A program made the position numbers and the translations under genes. Under the pieces are notes generated by a model. The model was not told where the DNA came from. It saw nothing but the letters and a program-made list of their open reading frames with translations, and did no database searches. This document shows, piece after piece, positions 23,721-35,810 of a stretch of DNA of 64,000 nucleotides. Every line of letters begins with the position of its first letter. Positions within the stretch are counted from its first letter, which is position 1. The stretch comes from Podarcis filfolensis. Lineage: Eukaryota. The stretch lies in the NCBI GenBank assembly GCA_964270895.1, contig OZ185443.1; one strand, 5' to 3'.

Positions 23721-24457
23721 TATCATGCTGTGGGTTCACCTACTGATTTTCCACGTCAGCAAAGTATAACTTACAATCTGTACCCATGTAGGATCACTCT
23801 CACTGGAGTTTAGCAGGGATATGCCATGGCCTGACATGGAAAACCTTTCCTCATGCAGACTGTGCCAGAGCCCTGGAATTTAGCACCATTCTGCTCCATA
23901 AGTGTTGGGCAGGATCCATAAAGAGTTGAAGGAGAAGGTTGAACTTGAATTACATGCTCTTGCTGTCTTATGCTTCAACCTTACTGACCTTTACTAGGAC
24001 AAGACTGGCAGGCTTCTTTGTACATTTATTATGCAGTTAGGAGCTACTGCCCCTGTTCACTTCACTCAACCTAAGCCATCCAACCCTTTTGCCACCACCA
24101 CCCTTCCCTCAAATTTGGCCAGCTCCACTACCTCACCCATTCCCTCACCTATCCCTCCACTTCAGACAGTTGTATTTTGAAGTGCCCTTGTTAAACCTCA
24201 CTCCAGCTACATTGAATGGGGGTGGGGACTTCAAAGAGTAGTTTGCCAAATTGCATTGTGAAACCCCTCCTTCCATTAAACAACTTGGATAGGCTGCCTT
24301 CCATCCTGTCATTATGCTGGAGTTGACATGGCTGTTTATGCAGCGTGATGACAACCTTACATTTTTATGCATATAGGAAAAAATGTTCTGTACATTATTC
24401 AAGTGTTTTTCCTTTTATTGAAGTCATCATATATCAAAACATGAGTATACCACCTAT

Positions 24458-24525
24458 ACACACACACACACACACACACATATACAAATACACACACACA
24501 TGCACACACACACACACACACACAC
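24458..24525 (+). repeat. Interrupted (AC)n microsatellite
   Basis: Read directly from the sequence. Confidence 0.95.
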
Positions 24526-26411
24526 AACCTCACACTTCTGTAATGAATGCAATGCAATCTGTTTAGAAATGGTCGATACTGTGGAATAGTTTACTTTACA
24601 CTTTAATATAAACTTAAATAGCAATGAAAAGAAAACATTTATTGCTATAATACATAACAAGGGAGATTTATTCCCCTTGAAATCAGATTTATAAGTTTGA
24701 TTACAGAGGTTTTAGCATTTGATTATAATCACACACACATATACACACACATTGGTATAATTTATTGACAGTGAAAGAAGTTCAGGAAGCAGTAAGTGAC
24801 ATATCTGTATACTAGCACTGAAAACAGCTGATAACCATATATGCAAGAGCAATCAAATGTAGGCCTACTCAAAATTAAGTCCCATTGACTTCAAAGGGAC
24901 TTGCAGGTATGTGTGCATAGGATTGCAGTCTAAGTGAAATGCTTGGCCTTTTAATATCTGATTAACCTGTGCCTTTCAGGAAATGGTTAATACTGAACAG
25001 AGTTTTACTTAAAATAATGCAGCAATGCAGTGAAAAAGGATGTCCCATATTTTAGGACACTTTGGCCAGATTATACATTTCTCAGCTGGTAAAAGAGCAT
25101 GAAACTCTTAAACAAAAATTGAGGTTGTGCCATCATGTTATGCTTCCTCTCTTTCCTAATTCTTTTGATGACACATATTCATGATGACACATACTTCTTA
25201 TATCACATGAGATAAGAAATAGGAAACTGTAGGAAGTACAGAAGTCAGAGCAGTAAGTTTGAGAAAGAAGAAATTCCATTTCCAGACAGGTATGTCAAGA
25301 ATAATTTCAGGGAGTTGTACAAATGAAGAGGAACAGTTACAAGTCTGAGATGGAGGGAGAGAAGGACAGAGGAAGGAGATCTTACTACATAGACTTGCTT
25401 GGACCCAGAGTGTGGCAGAAAAATGGTTCCTAAAAGGAAAAATTCCTCCTAGCTTAGTTTCAGAATTGGTCAGTATTTTACCATCCTGACAAGAATTTTA
25501 CTCTCTTTGTTAATTGCCAGGACTGAAGGATGCAAAGGCAGAAAAAAAATCCAGCCAAGCCATTTTTGGTGTCAGTGCGAATGCATAAAGTATCACAGTG
25601 TACACATGGGGCCTAGGTCCAGATCTGTAGCGCATTCTGTATGCATGCAACGTGAAGGCCGTGCACTACAAATGCATTCTGAGCTACCGTGTGAAAATCC
25701 ACCACATAACGAAAAGCACATTGAGGTATGGTGCTGGAAGAATTAAGATTAGGAATAGTTCAGATTCATTTAAAATACTGTAATGGGGCTACTTGAATGT
25801 CAACTTTGTTTCTGCTATACATTTAAAAATACTACTATAGTAATAATGGGCTGTAAATGGAAACTAAGAAAAGGTACACTGCATGGCTTGCAGTGTGCAG
25901 TAACTGAGATTGAACATGTTTTCACTTCCCCCATTCATGAACCAAACAGCCTTCTCCCCATCAAATGAATGGTGGCCTATAGTGTCATTCCAAGCTACTC
26001 CTTAGGTGGTACTGTAGCATCTGTGAGGCCCCCTAGGCAGAATGAGGATGAGAGGCTAGACACCAATTCCACTTGCAACTAGGTAGGCATTCTCTTTGCC
26101 ATGTATTCCATGTTCATGTTTAAAACTAGCAGTGGCCAATGTGGCATTGTGGCTTTCCAATGCCAAGCATCACTGTTAGTTACCAAGAAAGAGATGAGGT
26201 GGTAGAGAGCTTGGCGTGGTGCAGACATGGCGATGGAAGCATTGAATTGGTTCTTCCAGGCATGCACCACACTCCCTGCCTACTTTGCCATTCCCCCATC
26301 CTTCTTGGTGCCAGCAGTGGCACTTGGGTGTTGAGAAGCCTGGTGAGCAACACCTCCCCACCCACCACTAGTTGGTACAACTTGGTTAAGCAACTCTATG
26401 TAACCCGAATA

Positions 26412-26655
26412 CAGTGGTACCTCAGGTTACAGACGCTTCAGGTTACGCAATTTCGGTTGAGCACTGCGCCAAACCCGGAAGTACTAGAACGGGTTACTTC
26501 TGGGTTTCGGCACTCGTGCATGCGCAAAAGCACTAAATCGTGCTTTGCACATGCGCAGAAGCACCGAATCGTGACCCGTGCATGCGCAGACGCAGCACTG
26601 CAGGTTGCGAACGTGCCTCCCGCACGGATTACGTTCGCAACTTGAAGGTCCACTG
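26412..26655. mobile_element. Tc1/mariner-pogo (Tigger-like) MITE, about 480 bp 3' of the GUCY1A1 stop
   Basis: TA|CAGTGGTACCTC ... AAGGTCCACTG|TA. Confidence 0.85.
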
Positions 26656-27131
26656 TATATTTCAAGAAAGAGCAGTGCTACATGTTATGCTGTTCATATA
26701 GCAAGCAGCTCAGTTCTGCTTGTTTTGAATGCTGTCCCTCCAGAAGTGATTCCTAAAGACTGGGAAGTCGAGAGAAGTGTCAAGCACATACTTTAGGGAA
26801 GTAGGGGGCCCTTATCAGACTCACCTTGGTGAAGCAACTGTTTGCAAGAGGAAAAGAAATATTAGGTGCCTGGGCTTTCCCCCTTTCATTGTTACATGAG
26901 GTGTCACTAATATGGGCCGCTCCTGCTTCTCACCCTTCCAAACTGCCACTGACTTAATATATTTTTACATAAAATAAAAATTGAAAGTAGTATGTAATAT
27001 CCCTTTTTTTTTTTTTTTGGTAATTTTAATACTGGCTTTCAGGTGTTAACAAGCTAAAGTGCTGTCATGTTTCCTTTTTTTGAATGTTCAGTTCATACAG
27101 AACTCATCCTGGAAATGCAAGAAAGCACAGC

Positions 27132-27333
27132 TTAGTCTACTCCTGTTGGTGTCCCCAAGAAATTTGCTTTTCCATCTTCAGCGTCTTTCTTTTGAAACCA
27201 GGGCTTTGAATTTGTTCCTTGAAGGTAAGCATCAAGAAAGTAACAGATCCCGGGAATATCACTTGGAAAGTTGGGAGGAAGTTCCTGCCTTGAACGAGGA
27301 GTAAATACAAATCCTGGATAATCTTTTAGTAAC
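27132..27333 (-). CDS. GUCY1A1: GUCY1A1 last coding exon (202 nt including TAA)
   Basis: cttgcag|GTTACTAAAAG...GTAGACTAA; [66 protein letters not shown]. The eight exons sum to 2061 nt in frame. Confidence 0.96.
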
Positions 27334-28476
27334 CTGCAAGAAAAATTGAAATGCGGTTAAATATAATATACATGTAACCTTTAAATAATGGTGATCAATA
27401 TTATCAAAACAAATTCATATTTGTTGCTTTTTTGCATGGGAGGGTGACAGTTTCACTCTGAACTAACCACTGCAATGCAAAGATCTGGAGAATTTCTTCT
27501 CACGTTTCTAATATATGCATATATCTGTCTCTGATATTGAAGAGAATGAAAGCCCGAGGACAAGTGAATTCTGCACAGCAAAGCTTTATGCATGTATTAA
27601 ACTACTGCATTGGTGGTATCAATGCAAGTGACATAATGTCTTACTTCACTTCATTATGGATCACATTGTGCTGTGATCCCTGTGTTTCTATGCACGATAG
27701 TGTGCTGTATCTGCCATCAACACAAATTGCTAGGTCGTATAGGCTTCCCATCCGAACAAGTTTTTACTGGAATCAAAGGGTATCTGCTTGTTTTTAATTG
27801 TTGTATATGCTTTTTTTAAACAATGTTTTTCATAGAATAACAGAATTGGAAGGGACCAAAAGAGGGTCATCCAGTCCAACCCCCTGCAAAGCAGGAATCT
27901 CAACCACATGGTTCCCCATCCAATTTGAAATCATAACTGACCCTGCTTACCTTTTCAAATGTGCTAGGTTTACGTATGTGCAATTGTTTAACTATTCTTG
28001 TATCTGGAATTGTTTTATGTAAGTTTTTATTGTACTGCAAATCATACAATTGCTAATAAATGCAGTAAATAATAGGTAATAAGACTCTATTATTTGTTAT
28101 TGTTTTGCTTGTTGGTTACAGCAAAAAAAAAGTCTCAAAGTGACTTACAATTTAAAAGGAAAATGCAAAAAGCATACAATACGAAATTAAAATACATCAC
28201 TCTTTGATCATTTTATTCAACCTTCCATAACATTCAGGTTTGTCCATTCCTGACAGTGGTTCTTTTGCTGAGCACTGCACAAAGCCAACAAGCACAAAAT
28301 CTAAATACAAACAGTCTCTTCCAACCTCTCCCCACAGTTCTGCTAATTCAATAGAACCATGTCATAGAATGTGATGCAGTACTTTGCAAAGGGGGGAAAG
28401 CTGCAGATAAATGTGAAGGTGATTAACAAGCCACCACTTTCATAGTATAAGAACTTTGCATAGTAAACTACTGTAC

Positions 28477-28631
28477 CTATAGGTTGTTGGGCTGACATTT
28501 ATTTTCCTAGGAACGCTGCAAGACTCAAACTTGTTGGCAAGTGTTACGTTGTTTCCAAATAGGCAATACCGCGGCATTTTAACACCTACGACGCCAGCAA
28601 AGACTGAGCCGGAATGCAGACCTATGCGCAT
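28477..28631 (-). CDS. GUCY1A1: GUCY1A1 coding exon 7 (155 nt; cyclase domain)
   Basis: ttttcaaaag|ATGCGC...CCTATAG|gtacag; [51 protein letters not shown](R). Confidence 0.98.
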
Positions 28632-29854
28632 CTTTTGAAAACAAAAGAAGATATATAATGTTGTTTGACTGTTACACTTGACAAAAACCAAAGTCGCAGT
28701 AAGTTTTATTAGCTCATTTGCAATCATTGTGGATTATGACCAGAATATGAGCAGTGCAATTTGAAGAGCAGTAGTCAGATGGTAACAACAGAAAACTTCT
28801 TTTGATACTCTGCATAACCATTAGTCAAAACAAAGCATGTTTGTGCAGAAATGTCTGAGTGTAGTCCAACAGGCACGGTTGATGCAGAACGTTAGTTTTG
28901 GTTTTGTTCTTTTCCAGCAAACCTTGTTGGGACAAATGGAACTGGTGTTCTGTGGACCATTTTCTGAGAAATGAGTCCTTTAACGTCTAGCTTAGGAACT
29001 TGTGGGAGATCGTGTTTCTCAAATTTGAAGACTATTTCAACAGTTCTATCATCTTGGCTTCCCCTCAAATCAAGCACTTACCATGACTTACAATCCTGTT
29101 CTGTATCCTACAATTACATTTAAATGATAAATACTATGCAGCCAATCTATTCTTCCATGTCCAACAAAATACTTTGCAGCATGCTGCTTGTTTACAGCTA
29201 GAAAAATTAGTTATTTATACTGTATCCTCAAAAACAAACACCTCTCAAGAGTTACATGCACACTGTCTTCTCTTTGCAGTTTGTTCATAAACAAGGGCAT
29301 ATTGCATAGCAGAAATTATGTACAAAGCTGCAATCAGAATACCATTACTGTTCAAGGAATGGTCTCCTAATTTACAGGCTGGTGTTGGCAATCACTTGAA
29401 AGTTCTTACACAAACCCAAAGGATCAAGAAAACGCCTGCATTGACTGATGGAAGCATATTCAAATCACAGTTCAAACTTTTACTAATATAATCAAACAAA
29501 ATACTCTGTGATGCATACGTGTTTTCCAGTTCCTAGCAGCCTGGAATCAACAGATAAATATGTAAATGTTTCTCTCAACTAGGATCCATCCACCTGCTAG
29601 TGAAGTGATCAAGCCCAGAAAACAGAAGGCAGGTGTTACCCAGGAATTGGAGGGGTCGGTGCCTTTGGAATTTTAGGGAACTGGCAAAGCCAAGTGCCTC
29701 CCATATTATAGTGAAACCACAACCAATTTAGTATTTGCTGAGTTGCAAGGTACAATATCTCATGAGGCACGGACTGCTTTTCTTCATGCTATGCCTAAAA
29801 CTAGCAGATGCTTCATACTTATAGGCCACAAGAAAGCAAGGGATAAATAATAAA

Positions 29855-29991
29855 ATTGTAGAGTTGTAGAGTTGGAACCATGAGAACCATCTGCTCCAAC
29901 TGCCTGCAATGCAGGAATCTTTTGCCCAACGTGTCACTCGAACCCACGATCCTGAGATTAAGAGTCTCATACTCTCCCAATTGAGCTATCC
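29855..29991 (-). mobile_element. tRNA-Lys(CTT)-derived SINE with a CR1 tail
   Basis: Reverse complement GGATAGCTCAATTGGGAGAGTATGAGACTCTTAATCTCAGGATCGTGGGTTCGAGTGACACGTTGGGC, then a CR1 tail. T-arm and acceptor stem are broken. Confidence 0.82.
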
Positions 29992-32206
29992 ATAGTGACA
30001 TTAACGTGGTTTTATGGGCACCAAGGGGACTTTCCAGAGGAATGCTGATTAACAGTAATGAAAACTCAATTTAGGATATTAGTAGTTTGCTTTTGAGATA
30101 GCTTTTGAGATAGAATACAATTACACAGCAAGGGTCAAATATTGTAAGAGTTAACTATTATTAAGTGTGTTGAAAACATTAAGTGTAAACAACCTCAACT
30201 GATAAGGTCCAAGAGCTAAGCCCATATGCCAGCTGCTAGGGATAGATAACACACTAGTCCCTTTTTTGGAAAATCTAACATTATGGAATAGGACTGTGGA
30301 GTCTAAGGGCTACATTTCCCAATAGCACTATCTATGACATGTACTGCTAGGTTGCATTGTGGAACTATAGTGGAATACAGTACAGGTTTAGTGCTCACTT
30401 CCATGTAATTTGCTTCCAGAAGAAACCCATTTGTAAAAAAGATGGACATGAATGCTAAACATGTGCTGTATTCGACTATAGTTCACTATATTCCACTATA
30501 GTTCTGGAAGTGGCTCTTAGGTTGTCTGAAATCTCACCATTAGGAAAGCATCAAGGACATGGAATAAACTGTGAATGCAGCCTCAGGGTGGGAAACTGCC
30601 CTGCTGGGAAAAGGAGATAAAACAGAGGAAGAGACAGAAAAGTAGAGGGGATGTCAGCCTAGGATCAGGTCTGTGAGGGCTGATGAGACACCAGTGGAAA
30701 CTCAAGTGGAAAAGGAGATTAATTCTAGCAGTCTGGGAAGAAAGATAGCCCTGAGATTCTGGCTAGACAAAGTGTCTTTGTGAGAAAGGCCATTGGTAAC
30801 TGTACTGGAAGGCAAGAACAGTGACTGCAAGATGAGCTTAGCACACCAGCAGTGCTCTCCTGATTTTTATTAATGTCCACTTGGTGATTCATGTTCACAT
30901 GCTGCCTGGGCTGAAAATAAATCTTCCAAACATAATTTTTTCCCCCTGCCAAGGCATATTTATCTTTTCTGTAGAATCTTGCAGCCAAAGAAAGTGGTGT
31001 ACAGTTCAGATCAATATTTAAAACTCAGTCCTTGGCCCCTTTGGGGCTCTCATTACTCTCTAAAAGGTTTTAGAACCTCTCTAAGAGGTGATAATGCTTC
31101 CATAGAAATGGCAGCTGGAATAACTCCTATGAACTCCACACCTTGGACTGACTTTCTTTAGCAACCCTGCCCCCTGACCTTACCAGTCCTTTTGGACAGA
31201 GGTAGCCAAAAGCTTTAAGCAGTTGACTTTAAACAGTGACTTGAAGCACTGTGGTCCCCCAGCCATAATTTCCTTCAGGCTGCTTATCCTCTTCTTCTCT
31301 CAGTTCCATCTCCCCTGCCCTTTTCCCAAGCCACCTATCATTCCTTCAACTTCCTGTCTTGCTTCATTTCTTACTCTGCTCTTTTTCATTTTCTTCAGCC
31401 CCCTTGGTTTTGGGCAATCTATGTCATAACTTCCCCACATCCTAGGACTCTTCCTTGTCCTCAGTCTGACCCTGTGTGATGGTTTCCTTCTAGCCAAACA
31501 GGTAATAATACAGTATTCACTGTCCATTAGAATTCATTCTTGTTTGTCTACAGGGAGGTTATACAATGTTGAATCAAACATCGTTTCCTAACCTTCCAAT
31601 GCGTTTCTCCATCATTTCTCCTTGCCAGAAAACGTAAATTTGAGGGAGAAAGTGCTGCACAAGAGGAAAAATCCACTTTAATTGCACAACCTGAATTTGC
31701 TGTTATGTGCTTGAATCCCACCACCCAAAATAATGACAGTCTGGAAGCGGCTTTCTCTTTCTCCACAGAATCTGGATTTCAAACTGCTTTGTACTCTGAG
31801 TGACTGAACATCCAGTGGCAACACATCAGCTAAGCCAGTATCAAAGGTGTCACCACCGCAAAATCAAGTATTTGTGGGGCAAATAGAAACTTTTGTGGGA
31901 AAGCAGCATGAGGGAAGGGTTAAAACCACCTTCTCCAGTCCTCAAAAGAACACCTCCCACCATACAAATACTATGAAACAAATTCTAAAATATAGTTGGT
32001 TTGATCATGGAGCTTTCACATCACACCTGGTTTGGTCCCAATTCTGCACAGAAAAGCACAAATGAATTTAGAGCATTGGTCATGAGGTAAATTAAATCAT
32101 TGTGAAAGAAAAGCATTTCAGGTAATACTTCACTAAAAAATGAAAATAAGGAACAGCTACTATTTAAAATATCAGTAGTTTAGTGAATTTGAGATAACAT
32201 GCTGAC

Positions 32207-32350
32207 CTTGATGAGCTCTCCATGTGGAGACATCACTTCATTGGACAGCTCCATCATTTTCAAAGCCATCAATGCAATCTGAATAGCATGGGTCTCACTT
32301 TCCTTGTGTAAGCCTCCAGCCACACAGTATGCATCTCCAATGGTTTCTAC
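32207..32350 (-). CDS. GUCY1A1: GUCY1A1 coding exon 6 (144 nt; cyclase domain)
   Basis: ttcag|GTAGAAACC...ATCAAG|gtcagc; [48 protein letters not shown], including the second metal-binding Asp. Not in the ORF track. Confidence 0.97.
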
Positions 32351-32848
32351 CTGAACATTAAAATAAATAACTTAGAACACAAGTAAAATCACATGAAGAA
32401 AACACAGAACACACTTGGAAGGGTTGTCCATAACTCTGTCCCCTCCAAAGTGCACCCACCCACTTGAGATTCACATGAACTTGAGTTCTGATGTGCTAAT
32501 TGCATGATGCAACTTGCCAGCTGCTGGAGCAGATTATTTTGAGCTGTAAAACCTGGTTTACTGTGGTGTTTCATTATGACAAAAATGTCAAAATATTTAT
32601 CTTTCATCCACCATCCATGAGGTTCTATCATCAGTCCTGGAGGCATTAACTCATAAATAGTGCCAATGAAGCTAGAAGATTTACTCCACACTAAATGCAC
32701 CGAGGATTGCATTCTGAGGTATATAATTCATTAAATGACTTATTCCAGATTAACACCATCTTCTCTAAGTTGCATTATATCACTCAAATAACCTTACAAG
32801 CTTGATTCCCCTCTCGAGGAGGACAAATTGGTGCAATAAATTCTCTAC

Positions 32849-33334
32849 CTTATAGACATCCAGCTCTCCACACTGGTAATCAAAGAGAGTGTAGAGCTCG
32901 TTGAGCATTGTGATAACCTGCATAGGTGAACACTGGGAACAGATAGCAGTGAACCCTACGATGTCAGAAAAAAGCATTGTCACATTATTAAATTTCTTGG
33001 CCTGTACAACTTGTCCTTGCCACAGCTGCTGTGCAACCTCTCCGGGGAAAATAGAGCACAGAAGATCTACTGTCTTCTTTTTCTCCTCTTCAAGGGCTTG
33101 GTGTGCCTGCTCAAGAGTAGCCTTAAGTTTTCCTAGCCTTTTCTTCAGCCCATCTTGAGCTCGGGCTTGTTCTCCTATTAAAACAACATCCCTAAGTGCA
33201 TTATGAATCGGAATATCTGAAAGATAGAGGCCACGTCCTGTAAAGTCTTCTAGTCTATCCACACAGGGGGATCCCAAAAACAAGATGGTACTGGACTCAA
33301 AGATGTAGATCATCTGTCCTTTAAGGTCCATAAC
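32849..33334 (-). CDS. GUCY1A1: GUCY1A1 coding exon 5 (486 nt; end of PAS, coiled coil, start of cyclase domain)
   Basis: tttcag|GTTATGGAC...TATAAG|gtagag; [10 protein letters not shown]...[22 protein letters not shown]...[14 protein letters not shown]...ELDVYK, including the first metal-binding Asp. Confidence 0.98.
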
Positions 33335-34196
33335 CTGAAACAATGAGAGAAAGATGAGGTGATGTGAGACTTCTGGAGCATTATGGAAATTTACTAATGC
33401 AGTGATAGCCAAGTTATTAAGCCATAGTACCAAACTCTCTCCAGACAACCTGCTTTGGGTTAGAAGCTCAATGATTATTATAAAATCACAAATCTCACAC
33501 CTCTGAAGAGCTTTAGAAAATAGGGGCTGTCCCTCTACTAGGTGGAAACTTAACAACTATTGTTCCCACTGGGTAATTTGGTAAGGAGAGGCACCTCACA
33601 TGCACAAATAGGGGTCAATAAGAGCTAGAAAACTCAGAGTAGGGTCTGGATACAGCTTACAGGCTATCCTACAGATTTTCTGGCAAGGGCCAACACGTTT
33701 AAATGCTCTCCTGTGATGGTTTGCTTTTAAAAAACCTCCTTATTGAAATATATCTTGAGGTGGAGTTTTAACCTAGCTTTCTCCCTGAGATGCTTGTTTT
33801 CCATGAGTAGGGTCTTTTCCTCATGAGGTAATGTTAAAACATGCATTCCCTTCACCTGCAGTCCAAAGTGGAATGACTCCAAAATAAATGTAACAAGTGG
33901 AGAATAGCTTACTTCAAACAAGCATTCCATTCTTAATGGAAGCATTAACAAATAAATGCAAGAATTTTTTATGCTTTCACTTTTGCGCTTTTGCTATGAA
34001 AAGAAACTTACATGAGGAGAAGCTTCAGATTCAAAATTCCCGATGTCAAAGCCCCCCAAAATGGGAGGAGGAGTCATTCATAGTTATTCACTCATTGCCT
34101 TGTGTAATACTTCCAAAGCTACTATTGCATTTGCACACTTGAATTAGAGATGGGATGAAGAAATAAGAAATATAAATATGATAAACCTGTTCTTAC

Positions 34197-34906
34197 CCCT
34201 GTTGACCTTTTAAGAGCGCTGTCCCCTCGTCTCACTCTTATAGTAAACTGCATGTTTAGCATTGTCATGATCCCACTAAACGTGGAGTTTATTTTAGGAG
34301 CCAGGATTTCGAACCACTCATCAAAGTTTGGCTTTGCTTGAAATTCTCTCCTGCTCAACAGTCTCCTTATACCATTGCCAACTTGCAGAATAGCCATATC
34401 CTTGTCAAACATGCAATGAAATGGGAAAGTCTTGCAGAACATGGAAGCAGGAATCACAAGAGAAGACTGAGGTTTACAGGGAGATAAAGATGGCTTTGCA
34501 CTTTTGACTTGCACAGAGTACAACAAATATGGCTGGTTAATAAACTCAGCGCTATCTTTGCAGAAGCAAGGGGGCATCACCGTCACTTCAACCTCTGTTT
34601 CATACAAAATGTGAGCCGCTGCTTTGATAATGCCGGACAGGATGAGGCTGGTTGTTTTCTTGGGAAAGAAATAGTACACATTTAAGAAATCTGGGTCCTT
34701 TTCCAAGCACAGTATTGAGATCTCTTCAAGTCTACCCTTTTTTTCTGCTTCGTGGCAGTGAGCACTCTGCTTCAGAAGAGTACTGAAACTGTTCAAGAAG
34801 TCTTTGAGGGATCCCCCGACAACTCCAAGGATATGTTCATCTTCTTCATAGCATATTTTGAAAAGCTCTTCACCAAGCGATTCCTTCATAATGTTTACTG
34901 GAACTC
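34197..34906 (-). CDS. GUCY1A1: GUCY1A1 coding exon 4 (710 nt; pseudo-H-NOX C-terminal part and PAS domain)
   Basis: tttgcag|GAGTTCCAG...ACAGGG|gtaaga; [22 protein letters not shown]...FCKTFPFH...[12 protein letters not shown]. Confidence 0.97.
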
Positions 34907-35568
34907 CTGCAAAGTTAAAACATTTTATACCAGCATTCTTCTAAACAGTATGCCTTTGATTTTTTTAAATCCTTCTGCATTTCATTTTCTTTCACCCCAA
35001 ACCTGTTTTCCACTATTAAACATCTTCAAACTAACAAAGCCATTTCAGATCAGTCTCTGGTGGCATCTCCTCTCATTCTCGCAAAACCTCATATGGTAGG
35101 AGCAAAGTACTTGTTGACTTTGCTTTGCAATTTTATTTTATTTTAAATATCTTAAACTTTTAATCGTTACGCCTTTGTTTTATTGTATATGTTAATTAAT
35201 GAATTTTTATGTTAGGTATTTTAATTATGGATTTATTTTATAGTTGTAAGCTGTTTAGAAATCATTTGGACAAGTTATAACAACAACTTTGCACGTCTAT
35301 TTGTTTTCAGCAAAAAATTGGTAACCATTTCTAGTGGAGGACAATGAATAAGAGTCCTTCCAAATGGACAAAAAAGACGTGGATTAGAGTTTACTAAAAT
35401 ATAAGAGCTGAACTAAGCATTTGGTAGCAAACATGGATTTTGGAGTCTGAGGTGGCACTTGTCCACTGGAAAGCAACACATGTATGCGTGCAAGTTCTAG
35501 AGGAGAAATGCCCAAATGTTCATGTATCACCTCATGACAGAGAGATGACATTGCAGAGGAGGTGTGTA

Positions 35569-35810
35569 CAGTGGTACCTTGGGTTACAGATGCTTCAGGT
35601 TACAGACGCTTCAGGTTACAGACTCCGCTAACCCAGAAATAGTACCTTGGGTTAAGAACTTTGCTTCAGGATGAGAACAGAAATCATGCAGTGGTGGCAC
35701 AGCGGCAGTGGGAGGCCCCATTAGCTAAAATGGTACCTCAGGTTAAGAACAGTTTCAGGTGAAGAACGGACCACCAGAACGAATTAAGTTCTTAACCAGA
35801 GGTACCACTG
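35569..35810 (+). mobile_element. Tc1/mariner-pogo MITE with 16-bp subterminal tandem repeats
   Basis: TA|CAGTGGTACCTTGGGTTAC ... GTTCTTAACCAGAGGTACCACTG|CA; three copies of GGTTACAGAYGCTTCA. Same family as 63515-63765. Confidence 0.9.

Noticed and set aside
29924-29991. tRNA-Lys(CTT)-like sequence with an intact anticodon arm
   Set aside because: T-arm and acceptor stem are broken and it is fused to a CR1 tail, so it is a SINE head rather than a tRNA gene. The same applies to 20101-20170 and 21418-21475.
32780-32848. ORF read-through 'VYKVENLL' resembling the next exon's 'VETIG'
   Set aside because: The intron begins GTAGAG by coincidence; the true exon 6 is at 32207-32350.
33335-33556. 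Open frame extending 74 codons upstream of GUCY1A1 coding exon 5
   Set aside because: A canonical polypyrimidine-CAG acceptor sits at 33335 and the extension has no similarity to sGC; chance open intron.
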